Positions 50,001 through 63,968 of a stretch of 64,000 bases of DNA are shown piece by piece. The DNA lies in the NCBI GenBank assembly GCA_037447605.1, contig CM074822.1:1759492-1823491 (forward strand). The letters are read 5' to 3'. A model generated the notes under the pieces. That model saw only the letters and a list, made by a program, of their open reading frames with translations. It was not told the origin of the DNA and did not search any database. The position numbers and the translations under genes were made by a program. The stretch comes from Zygnema circumcarinatum SAG 698-1b (lineage: Eukaryota; Plantae; Zygnematophyceae). Positions within the stretch are counted from its first letter, which is position 1; the number at the start of each line of letters is the position of its first letter.

Positions 50001-50920
50001 GTTTTCGTTTGCAGTTAGGATTATTCGCTGAACAGAGGGAAGGAGGGGCTGCTATTGGAACATGTGAAGGGGCTGACTTTATGCAGTTTTAGGGTTGCAG
50101 TTTGGAAGCTTGCAGGTGAATGTAACTCCCACGAAAGCGTTTATTGGCGCGGGGTTTTCGGCTGTTTTCGGGTATTTCGCTATGCTTATGAAGTTATTGA
50201 GAGGGTCAGGGCTAAGCAAGAGATTCTTCTTTTTGTCTCTTTATATTAATTCAAATTTGATGGAATCTCTACGGGATGAAAGCCCGACGCTGGTCGAAAT
50301 GAGATTTGTTCCGCAAAAGTTCACCTTTTTTTTCCTTTGTAAATTGCCCCATGCAGAATACTATGTTGGAAATTGGCGAGTTCCCTTCAAGCTGTTTCTG
50401 AGGATTCATTGAATTACGCCAATGATAATGCCCTCGCTCTGGCTGTTGTAAGCGCATCACTTTCCTCCCCCTCTTTCCGTTACTTGGCTTACCTTTCCCT
50501 CGTCTTCTACTCACAAGAAGACATTCTCATTCACGCCCCTCTCACTGGCCGGGTTTAATTGTTTTGTGGCTGTCGTTGGTATTGCGGACCGAACTATCGT
50601 CTCAAAAGCTAGTTATCTAAAGGCAGGCGAGTCTTCAGTATTGCGACATGGTTGCTTCTGATTTAGATTCTGATTCTGATTCTTCTGATTTGGACTTTTG
50701 AAGGATCTCACTGCTATAGTCCGCACTGTCCTCGCGAATGCTTATGCTTATCTTTTTCCTGTGTGATGTTTCAAATTCTCTTCCTTGTGGTTTGCAGTCT
50801 CTTCGGGGAAGTCTTTTAGCAGCCTTTTACTCTTCCGCGCTGTTGAGCAGCGTCACTACCATCAGTCTCGTGGTGTTTGGAGTTCAACTGAGTTCAAGCA
50901 AAGAGTCTTCTGACGCGTGA
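47057..50920 (+). CDS. Putative plastid-targeted membrane protein of unknown function (~10 exons)
   Basis: Ser/Ala/Arg-rich transit-like exon 1; spliced blocks TTPTIDEAVAVV, DLGKRLVAASRYLASTGSYGEGELAR, VAKALKAAGE, FGSLQVNVTPTKAFIGAGFSAVFG, SLNYANDNALALAV, SLRGSLLAAFYSS; two C-terminal TM segments; junction near 48849 uncertain (possible GC donor). Confidence 0.75.
49183..49281. repeat. About four copies of a 21-bp intronic minisatellite
   Basis: cttctaccctccatccttgtg-like units. Confidence 0.8.
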
Positions 50921-51712
50921 GGTGGTGGGCAACCTCTGTCAGTGCTTCAAGGATTTTTTCCAAGGGCTCCCTTTGAAGTCACAATCTTGCAGCAATGTCA
51001 CAATTCTCTCCCCTTTTGGTGTGTGTGCTGTTTGCTTTGCCTAGAAATCCCGAAAGTTGATCTTGTTTATATTGTCCAGTTTTGGCTCTTTTTGCTTGTT
51101 GGTTGTCCCTTATAGGGCTTGCGTCTGTATAGGCAGTGAGCGAGTGCTGGGTTAGGCGGTTGATTAGGGTTACAGAGATTAAAGTGGATTTGGTTGCCAA
51201 AGGGCTGTAATAGTAATAGCCGTGGAAATTGTAAGCGGAAGCGGTGTGTGTATAATTCTTACTCAAGAGCTCGGTCGGGTTGACGTGGCTACCCCCTTTC
51301 TAAGATTCCTTAAAGTAAGCCTTGGTTGATCCTTGGTTGAATCGTTGATGGCGTGTTCCTTAACCGCGACTATTCTGAGGGTGTTGCAAGCCCTTTTGAA
51401 GGGATGGCTGAGCCCTAATCCAATAACGTGACGCTCCTGCTTCGATTACTTCAAAACTGACCCTCGTTTCTTGCTCGGGACGTGCTTCCATGAAATATTT
51501 ACCAATCTTTTTGCTTCGTCTCTTAGATGGCCCCACCATCGCGAGTTCTGCGATAAACCTCACACACCATCGACAGATTCTTGCAGACCGATTTTGAAGA
51601 CTTGAATGGAAGCCATTTATGTGCATGTGACTCTTTGGCATGTGAATTACGGCGGACATGGTTCTCCCACACAGCTATAAGTGGCAACCTGGTTATTGCC
51701 GCACTTGTGCAG

Positions 51713-51831
51713 CATGCCATGCCATGCCATGCTATGCCATGCTCCAGCCAATGCCATCCCATGCAGCATGGCATGTGGGCATTATATGGTGAGCCACGTG
51801 GCCGGACCACGTGGGCCTCGCGCCACGTGGC
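51713..51831. promoter_or_regulatory. (CATGC)n tract plus three G-boxes upstream of the F-box/kelch gene
   Basis: catgc repeats 51713-51742; CACGTG at 51795, 51808, 51824. Confidence 0.45.
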
Positions 51832-52315
51832 CGTTGCCAATTCGTTGCAGCCACTGAACTGCACTGCAGCCTTCACAATGACGGCGACCCTAGCTGGCAC
51901 TGCCACGTATGACCACAGCGGATAGGCGCACACTCACTGGGACCGCTCGCAAATGCCCAAAATATGTTTTCACACGTGTAAATAACTGTTCTGATATGTC
52001 GGGTTCGAGTTGAGTCAGTTCCGTGCCACAGTTGAACAGTTGTGCCACAAAACGCGTTACTGGAAGCATAAAGCCGATCCAGGACTCGGCTCAACTCCCC
52101 TCTCCCGCGTCGAGCCATCGCGTCGAGCTGCGTCCCTCCCTCTCCCTCTCCTTCCCCTCTCCCTCTCCTTCCCCTCCCGCCATGCTCCCTTCCTCCTGTA
52201 CTAATTCATCCCTGCCTGTCTTTGATTCGCCGTTGCCTGCTCTTTCGAACCTTTCTTTCTTCCTTTTTTGCGTCCCTGCGTCCTCTCCTCCCTCTCTCAG
52301 TCACCCTTCCCCGCC

Positions 52316-55152
52316 ATGGAGGAGCAGCAGCCCCTCCTGCCAGGGCTGATGGATGAACTCGCGCTCCTCTGCCTCGTGCGCACCCCCCGGACCAGTCACA
52401 AGGTGCCACATTTCCCCCTACGCCTCCCACCCCCCTCTCCCACCGCGACGAGCGGTCGCAGTCACAAGCGGACTGCCTTCAGCTAGAGTCCCTCTCCATG
52501 AAAATTGTCGTCTGGAGTTTGAACTTGCAAAGTCAATAATGATAGTTTTAAAATCAGAGGTCTTTTTGCCAGTCGCTTTTCCTCCGCTCTTTTCTGTTCT
52601 CTATTTTCCCGCTCTTTGCTCTTCATTAATCTCTCCCTTCTTCTCTCCTCTTCTCTTTCTCCCCCCCTCCGCTCCCCCCCCATCGCGCCACTTATTTCTC
52701 TCTTTATCCTTTTCCTCCCTCTCTCTCTCCTCCACTCTCACTCTCTTTCCCTCCACCCCTTGGGTGCAGGCTATGCATGCTGTATGCCGAGGATGGCATC
52801 ATGTCCTCCGTGGCGCCGAATTTTATCGACTTCGGCGCCGAATGGGTCTGACCGAGGGTTGGCTTTATGTGCACTCGAGAAGCCCAACTTTTAGAAACTA
52901 TCTCCGAGCACTTGATCCTGCAACAGGGACATGGCATATGCTTCCCCAGCTTCCGCATTTTGGAGTAGGCCAGGTACGTCCAATCCCCCTTATAAGCTAA
53001 AGCCGCTTTCCTGGTAGGCTAGAGAACCGTCAGAATTGCAGAAGCCATACATAGCTTCTAAGACTGAGCTTCACTTTCTACCTTCACGACCTTCATGAAC
53101 TATTTTCGTTCACCGCATTACATACAGTTACGAGCATCCGATGCATTGCAATGTTTACTTGACAACAGCAACTCCAAATCCTGACCAGCGTTGCCTTCAC
53201 ATCATGTGAAATTGAGCATTCTGAACTTTGGAACACGTCGACCCATCCGGACTCTCAAAAGGATAATTCTTAAACATTTATCGGCTTCGCCTTTTACTCT
53301 CCGTGTTGCAGATTAGAGGCCTTCGATGTGCAGCTGTGAAGGGAAGGTTGTATGTGTTTGGGGGGTGGCGAGAGGGGGGTCCGTGCTTGAATGAAGCTTA
53401 CTGCTTTGACCCTTGTTTCAACGTTTGGACGAAAGTGGCGGACATGGCTTCGCCGCGGTGTTATATGACGAGCTGTGTCATCGATGGCTGCATATATGTG
53501 GGGGGAGGGATGGCCCATCCATGCCGCCGCTTTAGTTCCTTCCTCGTCACTGCTGAAAAGTACGACCCGGAACAAGACAGGTACAAGCAACAAGCCCACA
53601 GAAAACCAAACAAAAAAAAAAAAAAAAAACAAAAAAACAAAAAAACAAAACAAAAACCGAACAGGTTGAGAAAAAAAGAAAATAAAGGTTTTGGCTTCTC
53701 AAAAAGGAAAAACTTTCAATACCAGTTTATCGGAGAAAACCTTATGTTTGTGAACACGATTCATTTTGAGAAATGAGAAACGAATTTCTAATTTATTTAT
53801 TTCTCAATACAAATTTTATGGAGAACCAATTGAATTGAGATTTGAGAAATTAAGTAAACTCGTTTCTCATTTCTCAACCTGTTCGGTTTTACGGTGCTTT
53901 CTTTTTTGGTAGTTTCTCTTTCTTTTGGGTGGTGGTGGGGGTTGGGGACGGTTTAAGGCAGGTCTGGATAGGGACCTAGCTGGAATGTCAGACAGACCTG
54001 CAGGTAGAGGAGAGGGTTGGAACGGGTAGTAGAAGGTGACAACAAGAGAATACAATACAATAGCAACAACAGCAACAATAAATAACAATAGCAATAGCAA
54101 TAACAATAGCGTTGCTCTTTTTTAACAACATAAACTCTTAGTCCTTTCTATTTTCATCCAAACTGGAAGCTTGCTTTATAAAGGGACGGTATGCATGAGA
54201 GCATCACTACTGTTTGCGGATGCGGGAAATAGGAGACTTGTAGAAGCAGGAGAGAGAGAGAGAGGGAGGGCGAGAGAGAGAGAGAAAGGGAGAGAGAGAG
54301 ATAGAGAGAGAGAGTTACCGCGAGATTTGCAATCGAATCCCCTCACAAGGTCTTGTTGGTTGAGTTTTTGCAGGTGGATACCGATTGCCAACATGCTAAG
54401 GCCCCTGGACCTCTCTTTGGGCGTCTCATATGCCGGCCAGTTCTTTGTGAGGGGAAGAAACCCCGAAAGCTCACAGGTTTGACTTTATTTCATGGAACTC
54501 TGATTGTCCTGAGAACTCGGACTTCGATTATAATACGTTAGGCAATTTCCGGAGAAGTGTATCAATCTGTAGGTTATTTGATTTATCGGTTTGGAGGGTG
54601 CAGGTGTACAGCCCGGAAAGTGATGAATGGTCCTTTGTTTCTCGAACTTCATACAAGTTCATAGAAGCGTTGATGACTCCCTGCGCAAGCAAAGGGGCCC
54701 TGTTTATGTCGCTGATCAACCCCCTTTCAGTGAGTCCCTCCAATCAGCCTTTGTATAAAGTATCTCGTAGCGTTCAAGCGTCAATCTCAACGCTTTCGGT
54801 GCTTGGATTGAAATCTCAAATGGGTTTTTAGGGTACTCTCTGTTGGGGATGGCAGACTTGGGAATCCGAGAAAGGAGTGTGGAAGAAGGTGGAACGAACA
54901 GACTTCATATCGAAAAGCTTGGTCCCCCTGTCGCAGAGGCATCTTCAATATGCGTGCATGACATTTCTCGAGGGGAGGTTGCTGCTTGTGAAGGCGAACT
55001 CGAGTGTTGTCGCCGTTGAGTTCAAGGGCCCAATCAAGTTCGAGGAAGAGGGAGGAGGCGGAGACTTGGCCGTAAAGAGCATCGAGTTCGTGAGCCGAGG
55101 AGACGCCTTTGTGGATGAAGCGGCGGCGGATTGCTTTGTGGTGGAGGTGTGA
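52316..55152 (+). CDS. F-box/kelch-repeat protein (6 exons)
   Basis: Exons 52316-52402, 52770-52973, 53312-53580, 54374-54476, 54604-54759, 54856-55152; F-box LLPGLMDELALLCLVR..VCRGW; kelch LYVFGG..FDP..W, IYVGGG..AEKYDP..W. Confidence 0.92.
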
Positions 55153-55251
55153 AGTTTGGTCGAGAAAGTGTCGGCGGAGTCTTAGTCTTGAAAGATGACA
55201 GATGTCGGAATTCCTTTGTTAATAAAAAGGTTGGGAGGGGGCGGAAGGGGG

Positions 55252-55261
55252 NNNNNNNNNN
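55252..55261. other. Assembly gap (10 N)
   Basis: Run of n in G-rich context. Confidence 0.98.
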
Positions 55262-56098
55262 AGAGGGGGGAGAGGGGACGACGTCGATGTATAGGATGCA
55301 ACGGAAGTAGTTTGTGTGCACTATGACTGGAGAGCAGCATGGTCCCATTTGGGCATGTTCTGCATGTGTTGTGTGTATAGGGGTTTAGTTGTGAAGCATG
55401 GCAGGCCATGGATCGTTCGATTGTTCCATAGTAGTAGTAGTAGTAGTAGTATAGTGCGATAGCTTGGGTGTGGACACTGTCTCGTCCACTTCTCATGTAA
55501 TATGACACGTACACTTCTGAATGCAAAGATTTTGTGTTGTGTTCCTGGTCGACAAAATGCATGAATCAAAATGCATTTTGATTTTCTTAATGAAGGAAAA
55601 AGTTCTCCTCAAGGTGACTTTCAAACCGTCCACAAAAATGTGTGTCGGCAACCGCAACGGGCGGCCGTCGACGTGAAACGGACAACGTCATGTCACATGC
55701 GTCAACCACGTCACCACACATGCGATCCGCGCACCCCCTGAAGCCTTTCGCGCACACCGTTTATCCAATCAGCTGCCGTCACACGTCTGTGCTCTGACAA
55801 TAATCGCCCGATACGGAGGGATGTTGGATATCATTTCGAATATCGGGATATGGTGTCCCGCGTGTCGGCCAGTGCAGGAAGCAGGCGTTCTAGCCCTAAA
55901 ATTGTTGCTGCAGACCAATTCTGTGCTTTGACTCTTTTATTTCAGCGCTGAGCGCGCCCTTTGCTAACTGAAGGCGGCTCTCTTCATGTGAATTCCTGGC
56001 CTTGAAGGTAAAGCACTGGTGGAGATGCGGTAAATACGAGCTGCAGACGGGAGGATGAAGTAGGAAAGGAATTGGAAGGTGGCGCCAGTTGTGAAGCC

Positions 56099-59000
56099 AT
56101 GGGGTGTCCAGACTGCGCCAAAGTAAGTTCAGGTTTTTTCACATTTTTGGATCGTTTCTAAAAGTTTGCTACTTTTGCGAACTATTGCTAGATGAAGCTA
56201 TTTCTGCAAACTGGGAAAGGATTTATTGGGTTGATGTTGCCAGGTACAAGAAATTTTGGTTTCTTACTGTCTTATTTCGAAATGTTGAACTGGATAATTG
56301 CTCCTCCCTAATGCCAAGGGATTCAAGACTCTCGAGTGTCTACTACAAGCATGCCGCTGAGCCTTTTCCTGTCGTTTGGACTTAGTTTCTGATTAGTAGA
56401 GGCTTCTGTGAATACAAATTTGAGACTATACGGTGCGGTCTTTACACTACATGCATGCACATGCCTTGTGTCGATATTGCTCCATGTAGGCGAGAGGTAG
56501 CACTGCGAACCATCTGGTGTGGTCTGCTCTGGTCTGAATCCATGAGCCATTGCACTGTGTTTTCCGTCCCTGCAGCTGCAAGCACGGCTGGAGAAGGTCG
56601 AGGCCGGACGCCAAAAGCTGCGGCAGGCCATGAATCTCGTCAAGGACCGTGTGGAGGAGATTCCAGCTCTTCGCAAAGGTTTGTTATATACACGTGACCT
56701 TTCTCAAAAGAGAAATGTCATCTATGGATCGCTAATGCCAAATTCCAGCATGATTACAAATGCCCGAGCTGTCGTCAAGGTGACTTATTAAGTGATTCTC
56801 TCACATGATCTCGAAGCAATGTCTTTGTTCACTTTTTCATGACAGCCTGAAGGTAGGTATTTTATTCTCCTAACGAGTTAAGAATTCAAGTCACCAAGAC
56901 GTTGTATTGGTTCGCCTCCAGAGGCCACCTTCAAATGGCTCGTGTTGAAGTAATTTCATACACAGAAAGAACCAGCTGTTTAGCTCAAACGAGGAGTCTT
57001 CTCTAGTCATTTGAAAATCAATCGGCTTTCAATGGATTACTCTAAGAAGTACTTCAATCCAACTTTCATTTCTTAGAACATTTTTTTTTCCATTTAGATA
57101 GTTCTCTTTAGTCAGGCCCTCGAAACGCTGGGGATGGATTCCTTGTGCATATGTCCGCAAGTCTTGTAGTTCAATTGTTTAACTACAAACATTGATCAAT
57201 AGACATCTTTGAATGTTTTGCCTGATCCATTTTCGATCAATTCATTTGACATCCATTGCAAAGGTATAGTTTCTGCTTTTGTTGTTAGATGCTTGACGGT
57301 TAACTTGGATTATTGAACGAATGCAGTAGCTTGAAAGCCTGGAACTGCTCAAGAATGCACCTCTATTTGCAATGAATAATGAACCCATGGAACAGGTTTG
57401 GGCCCATCCCAGCAATTTTGCAAGTTGGGTAGTCTGATTCTCACTCAGGCCAAATCTGGACAGATCTCGATGAGGAGAAGGCGAAGGCAGAAGCAGAGAG
57501 GCGCCGTGCTGAAGAAGAGCACAACCGTGCTCAAATGGAGCAGGCTCGTGCAGACGCTGAGAAAAAGCGTGCAGATGATGAGAAGAAGCACGTAGCTTTT
57601 GAAAAAAAGCGCGCGGATGAAGCGAAAACCTATGCAGCTTCTGAAAAGAAGCGTGCAGACGAAGAGTTTTCTCGGGCAGAGCGAGAATTCCGCCGCGCTG
57701 AAGGCGAGAAACGAAGAGCTGATGCTCTTATGCGACAGGTTGAAGTTGAGAAAGGAAAGGCAGCAGAGCAGACAGCTATGGCAAGGCAGACAAAGCAGGA
57801 GCTGGAGAAAGCGCTTCATGAGAGCAGCTTCGAGCAGACTAAGTGGAAAAATCAGGTGAGAGGTGGAAGATGAAGCAATGCTGGTCGCATCAGTCTTTCA
57901 CTGTGGCATTCCACCCCTCACTTTTGCATTCACAGATGTCTTGCCCGTTGGCAGGCGTGACAGGAAAAAGTGGAAAATCGAAAGAGCTCCTATAGGGTGA
58001 CCCGCAGCTGACGTATGCGTGCAGGCCGGGGGTGCAGTGGTCGGAGTGAGGGAGGTGATGGCGTCTGTGCGGGCAGTCACTGCCACTATTGAAGCCTTCA
58101 TCCCTAAGAAAGGGCTTACTCAACAGGCTTGTCTTGAAGCCCGTGCTGAAGATGGGGAGATGGACCTTGATGCGGCGCTGCGGCTATTGACTTCTGCTGT
58201 GAAGGATCTGTGGAATACAGTGGTTCGTTTGAAGAAGGAGCTTCAAGCTCTGAAGAGCAGGGGGGCAGAGAGTCAGCAGTGCATGAAGTCAACCATGGAT
58301 TCTCTTCGGAAAATGCGGCACTCTCTTCGACGGCAGTTCAAAGGTTTAGAAGGATGGGGTCTCATTGGCCCAAATCGGTTATCAGGAGCTAATGGAACGC
58401 CATCTGGACGACCTTTTGAAAGAGGAAAGGAAGCGAAGGAGGAGAATTTGCTCCTGCTACAGTTGCCTGTAGGTATGGCTGAACAGATAGATATGTATGA
58501 AGGCGGAGCAGCAGACGATCAAATAATGGAAAGGGGAGTTGCACAAGTGGAGGGATTTCTGTCCGTTAAAGCAGAGGGGAAAAAAGGCAGCAAGAGGGAT
58601 GAGGATGGCAAGCGTCATCGAAAATCAAAACGAGCAAAGAGTCATTCTGAAATGGAGGTAAGAGCTATAAAGGACGATTTTTCGAAGCCAGTTGATCTAC
58701 ACCAGAAAGGTGGGCTGTCTGCTGTCACGAAGGGTAGTCTGGGCTTGGAGGTTATATTGTGGGGCGAAAGTGATGAAGGAGAAGGGGCTGGTGGAGAAGC
58801 ACATGTAGACCAATGTATGGTGGAAAAGGGGGACGATATGGAGAAGGTTACGGGGACTATTGGAGAAGGGGAAGCTGTCGCCAGAGAATCAAAAGCTGAG
58901 GAGGCATCAGCTGCTATGGAATCGGCTGTTGGTGGAGTCGTGCACATGCACAGCATGGAACATGGGAAGGATGAAGTTGCCTGTGATGGTATGGAAGGGG

Positions 59001-62000
59001 AGGAGGGAGACGAGTTGCTGTCAGATGGTATGGATGAGGTCAGTGTACTTCTACAGTGGAAGCCACCAAGGCCCTTGTCTCCCACTCTTCCAGACTCGCG
59101 GAGGTTCGTCTCTGTTCTGCCAGAGGCAGAGAAGGATGGGAAGCTGCCGGCAGGAGAGAGAGGAGAGGATATGCAGGAGGGCCTGTCAGCAGGAGGTGAG
59201 CCAAAAGAGAGGAAGCGGAAGAGAGGAAGGCCCCCCAAAGCTCGGACAGAGGGGAGAGAGGACAAGAAAAAGAAGATCAATGGTAAGGAGAAGAAATTAA
59301 GAAAGAAGGCAGTGGATGTGAGTGAGGAGGCACTGCAAAGACCTGATCAGATTGACGAGGAGGGCAAAGAACATGTGGGTTCTGTGGTCTTGTCTTTCCC
59401 AAACAGTTGCATTGAAATGCAGGAAGAAGGAGCTCAACTAACCTCACTTAGGGAGAGCATGGGCAAGAAAAGAGCGAGGGAAGACGACTTAGATGCCCCT
59501 TCAACTGTTGGAAGAGAGATTCCTGTGCCTGGTAGGCAGCAGATTAGTACAGAAGATCGCTTTGAAAGGAGTGAAGGGCTGCAGAAGAAGTTGAAGGACC
59601 TCGAGGCTGATGATGCCAGTGAAGCTATACAACTTAATGCTCCGGAGATCCCATTTCGTGAAACCGAGGCATTGGAATCTGAAAAGAATGCAGCAAAAGC
59701 TGCAGAGGATTCTCGAGTGTGCAGGCTGGATCAAGCAGTTGACAGGAATTCTAAAGAATTACATAATCTCATTCTCTATGTCTGTGATGTGTGGGGTAAA
59801 ACGCTTCAAATTCAACGATTGAAGTGTGTGCTGTCATGGGGAAGAGTGCCAATTTTGCGGTCGAGAGAAGGGCTGGGGGAGAAAGAACGACTCTCTTATA
59901 GGGGGGTGACGGATCAGAGGGAGAGGATGAACAAGGACGACGGAAAGTTGAGCCACGCTGAAAGTGACGAAGAAAGAACCGTTGACAGCAGTGAGATAGT
60001 AGCTAGAGAGGGAGACGATGTTGCAGATGAAGCTGTTGGTAGACTGACAGTCCAAGAGAGAATTTTGCCCGATCAAGTGGGAGATTGCTATGAAATACAG
60101 CATTCAACCAATCGGAATGTAGCTCAGAGCTTAGCTGGAAATGCCTCACCTGGTGCTGCAAGGAGTCTAAAAGCTGAAGTTGGAGGTATTTCTGATAATA
60201 CTGAAGGAAATATAGTTGAGAAAAGAGTAGTATCCATGGGGCAAAGGTGGAGGAGATTGGACACAAAGGAGGGGATGGGGCTAGCGCACCATCTGGCAGT
60301 TCTTTGTGAAGAGAGCGGCAAAGTTGAGGTGCGATTTCATTTTGCGCTCAGACTGCTCATGGGTTGAATGTGGGATGGTAGTAGGGGCCAACTAATTCAA
60401 CTGCTTCTTTCTTACGGCTTGGTTGACTCTCACACAAGGTTTGCCCAGTTGGGCTGACCGAAGTTGTTGAACAGCTCGATAGCTAACTGAGAAGGACTGT
60501 ACTTTTTCTTGTCTGTACGTACCATCTCAAACTGACAAGGCTCTTTTTCAATATGGAAGCCCAATGTTTGACAATTCTTGGTGCATTGATTTGGATAAGC
60601 TTTCTTTAATCGTAGGCATCCTTACAACTTATAACTTATTATTGTAAGGATATGTGGGTGGAGGGATGGCTGCAGGAAGTGAAGGAGACTTTAGTATGGA
60701 TGTTTAGGTCAAGGGAACTGTCTATACGTTGGCTCTGCTCTGTGCCAAAGTGCCTTTTGCATATATGGCAGAGGGGTTTACGTCAAGTGGACATCACGTC
60801 TGACCTTTTAGCACGAACAATACAGGTATGGTGGGATGTATGTAGAGGAGAGAATAGAGTAGTAATAGAGTAGTCCTCACAAATTTATGAAAAAAAGCCA
60901 TAATATGTTGAGAAGGATTTGGAAAATGTACGTGGACTTAAATGGCGGCCCGTACGCTTGTATGCACAGTTGCATTTCGACCATTCAGTTCTGTATATGA
61001 AGATTGTTTTACAACTCCTGTTTGCTTTCTTTGCAGGCCATTTTGGAGGATATTACCTGTGCTGATTGTGACTCTCTTCATCATAAAGAAGAGGAGGTCG
61101 TAGCAAATGCCTCGGTCCCATCGCTATATCTTCAAGAGACCGACGCAGTCAGCACTATGTAAGCTGATGAAAGTCACTTTCACCTCTAGATGTGATGCAA
61201 ACACATTATTACTGTAATAGTAGTAGTACGAGTATCTCAATAGTTAGTCATTGTATTATGAGTGAACGCGTTTATTTCATGCTAAGGACCATAAAGAATG
61301 CTGAGTCTTACAGAACCTCTGCTTGCACAATGGCATGTTGCAGGGAGCCAACGGAAGATGGCCTGCCGCCTTGGGATTCCTTCAAGCCTCTGCTTTCTGA
61401 CATTCTTGCCACACTGCAGCGTCTCTTCTCGGAAGTATCTTCTGCAGACATGTGCTTAGCATTGTCATGGGAATATCTTCCAAGTAGTAATCGTAATGAT
61501 TCCGAAGCAGGGAAGGAGGCATCCCAGCCCATGCGCGCTGAAGCTTTCTCTCCTGCTACTTCTTTAACAATCGCACGCGCGCATGAGCTCCCAAGTGGTG
61601 GGACTCTCTCAACAATTGTTCGGTCAGCGGTTGAATTGGAAGCAAAGTTTGTGGTTTCCAGTGTTGGAAGGAAAGAGGAGGAAGGTTGTCAGCATTTGAT
61701 GAAGCAGCTTGCAGCTGACTGCAAGTTGCCAGAACCACTCAAAGGCACAGAAGGGGAGACAAGGAAGTTAGAGGATCAGACCGTCCAAGTGGGTTTAATG
61801 GTACCAAATGCAATTCTTTCTGAGGATATTCTTAGAGCCAAAGATGCTGTTTGTTCTATCACTGTCCCGCAAAATATCACGGCAAAAGAACATGATGTTC
61901 CGACAGAGCAAGCAGGTACAGCTAGTGTGGCCCTTCCCTTGAAGTCTGAAGGCGAGGAAGAGCACCTAAAAAGTGTTGAAGTTAAAGACATGCATGGAGA

Positions 62001-62569
62001 CAATCGCAAGGAACACTCTACATTCGATGTTTGTTCCGAACCTCTATTGGTCAAGGCCCTTCAGGTGCAAGTAGGAGCAGGTGCCCACGTGGCATCACCG
62101 CATGCAGTCCGGACTGGAGACCAAGACGAGGACTTGTACGAGGTAGCACAGGGGCCGAAAACACACCGTGACTTGGAGGAGGTTTCAAAGACTGCCATAC
62201 TGGAAGGGCTATTGGGGAGGATAAGCAGTGATTCTGAGCGGGATCTGCAGGCTGATTTGGCAATGCATGCAGCGGCAGAGACAGTGCAGGAGGAAAATGA
62301 GTGGAGAGAGGTGAATGGTGGCAAAAGCAATGACGATTATTTGGAAGGGTTGGAAGGCAAGGAATGTGATGCTAGGAGTGGTGCTTTTCTGGTTTGGGAT
62401 GAGGAGTTGTGCCGCAAAGAGATGCCACGTGGCAAGGTGAAAGAGATTATCGAAGCTACGCAGGCTATGGAGCTACTTGCAACCCACTTGGTAGGCTGCC
62501 TATTTCTCGTCCCGACGTGCCACTTTTGCTTGACTAGGGCCCTCTTTGTGGTTTAATGATTAGATTAAA

Positions 62570-62610
<41 letters not shown>

Positions 62611-63968
62611 TGTTTAGATTCGCTGCATCTAGAAGTACAGACCAGGCTTCTGGAATTCAACGTTTTCAAACCTCCTCCATTGCTCCGGTTGTTGTGGGCT
62701 GTCAGATCACGCAGTAAGTGCCTTTAGATGGATGTGTGCAGTTTGGTTTTAAGCTGTTGAGTAAGAGTGTTCCATCTTAGAGCAGAGAAACTGGTTCGTT
62801 TGGTCGAATTGTGGACTAAGAAGTTTTTCTTTCCTTTGATGTGCTTTCAATGTTCAGGGCTGGGAGTGGTGCTATAACGAGCTTATTCTTGAGAGACTAT
62901 GGCCGCCATTGGCAAAGGGCGCCCCTTCTCCAAATCTTGCTGGCAATGTTCGGCTGATGGGACGTCTCAGCCGGTGAGCCCTCCTCTCATCTTAACCGCC
63001 GGTAGCAGAATGCCATTGTCTTACGCCCTGAGTCTTACCTACCCTGTACGCTTTTGTACAAAAACGGAACGCAAAAAGTCCGTGAAAGCTTCTGTTAAAA
63101 AATAGAGCCTCAGGTGAGGGTATCCATGTGATGTTGAAACTTGAAAATAATAGAATTGTGTGGGTTCCCTTGCTGACTGAATACCACTCTGGCAAGCAGG
63201 CTTGGCTTCCTCCCTGATGGGACGGAGCTGCCGGGAGTGGCCCACATAAGAGCCGCCCTTCGCCACATCCTTGAGATCGGAGGCGAGGAGCAGCCGCAGC
63301 CCTTCTCCTCCACTGCTCGTGCGGCAGCCACGGCGGCCCTGAAGGCCATGGCTGCCATGGCTGGCTGCTCGCTAGGCAGTTCGCAGGTCATGGGATATCC
63401 GAGCATTTTGAGGCAGTGCTCTAGCTAGAGCGAGGTTTTGTGTTGCAAAGGGTTGAAGGTGTATTTTACCTCGTCTCTTTCTCTTTCTGCTCTCGTTTGT
63501 TTTCTTGTGTACTCTCTCTTTTCTGCGCTCTCTTTCTGTTATTTCTCTCTCACACTCTTCTCCGCTCTCAGCTATCTCACTTTGTCGTCGTACCCTATCT
63601 CTCAGTTTTCCCTCTCGTCTCAGTTTTCTCTCCACTCTCTCTCCCCCTCTCGTCTCTGCTCTTTCCGCTCTCTGCTCTCTCTCTCTCTCTCTCTCTCTTT
63701 TCTGCTCTGCTCTCTATCACTCTCTCTCCCTCTCGTCTCTGCTCTCTCTCTGCTCTGCTCTTCCTCTCTCTCTCCCTCTCTCTCTCTTTCTCTCCGAAAA
63801 GGTTTCAGGCAACGAGGTTGGAATAGCGGAACTGATTTTCGACAGAAGCACCTGCTTGGTGATGAGCATAAAGGGCATGGCGATGATCTGAAACTTGTAG
63901 CCGTTTTTTTGACGGAGCTCAAGTACATTCCATTTCCAACATTTTGGAAACCTACTGCAGCACTGTAA
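56099..63968 (+). CDS. MEE22: Large coiled-coil protein resembling MEE22/EMB1611; 3' end uncertain
   Basis: Exons 56099-56122, 56576-56678, ~57464-57855, 58025-60328, 61038-61157, 61344-62490, ~62858-62973, ~63200-63385; N-terminal LEKVEAGRQKLRQAMNL, EKKRAD coiled-coil repeats, C-terminal MELLATHLGWEWCYNELI..LMGRLSRLG..PGVAHIR (recalled family resemblance). Confidence 0.6.
62570..62609. repeat. (GTT)n microsatellite
   Basis: About 13 GTT units. Confidence 0.9.
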
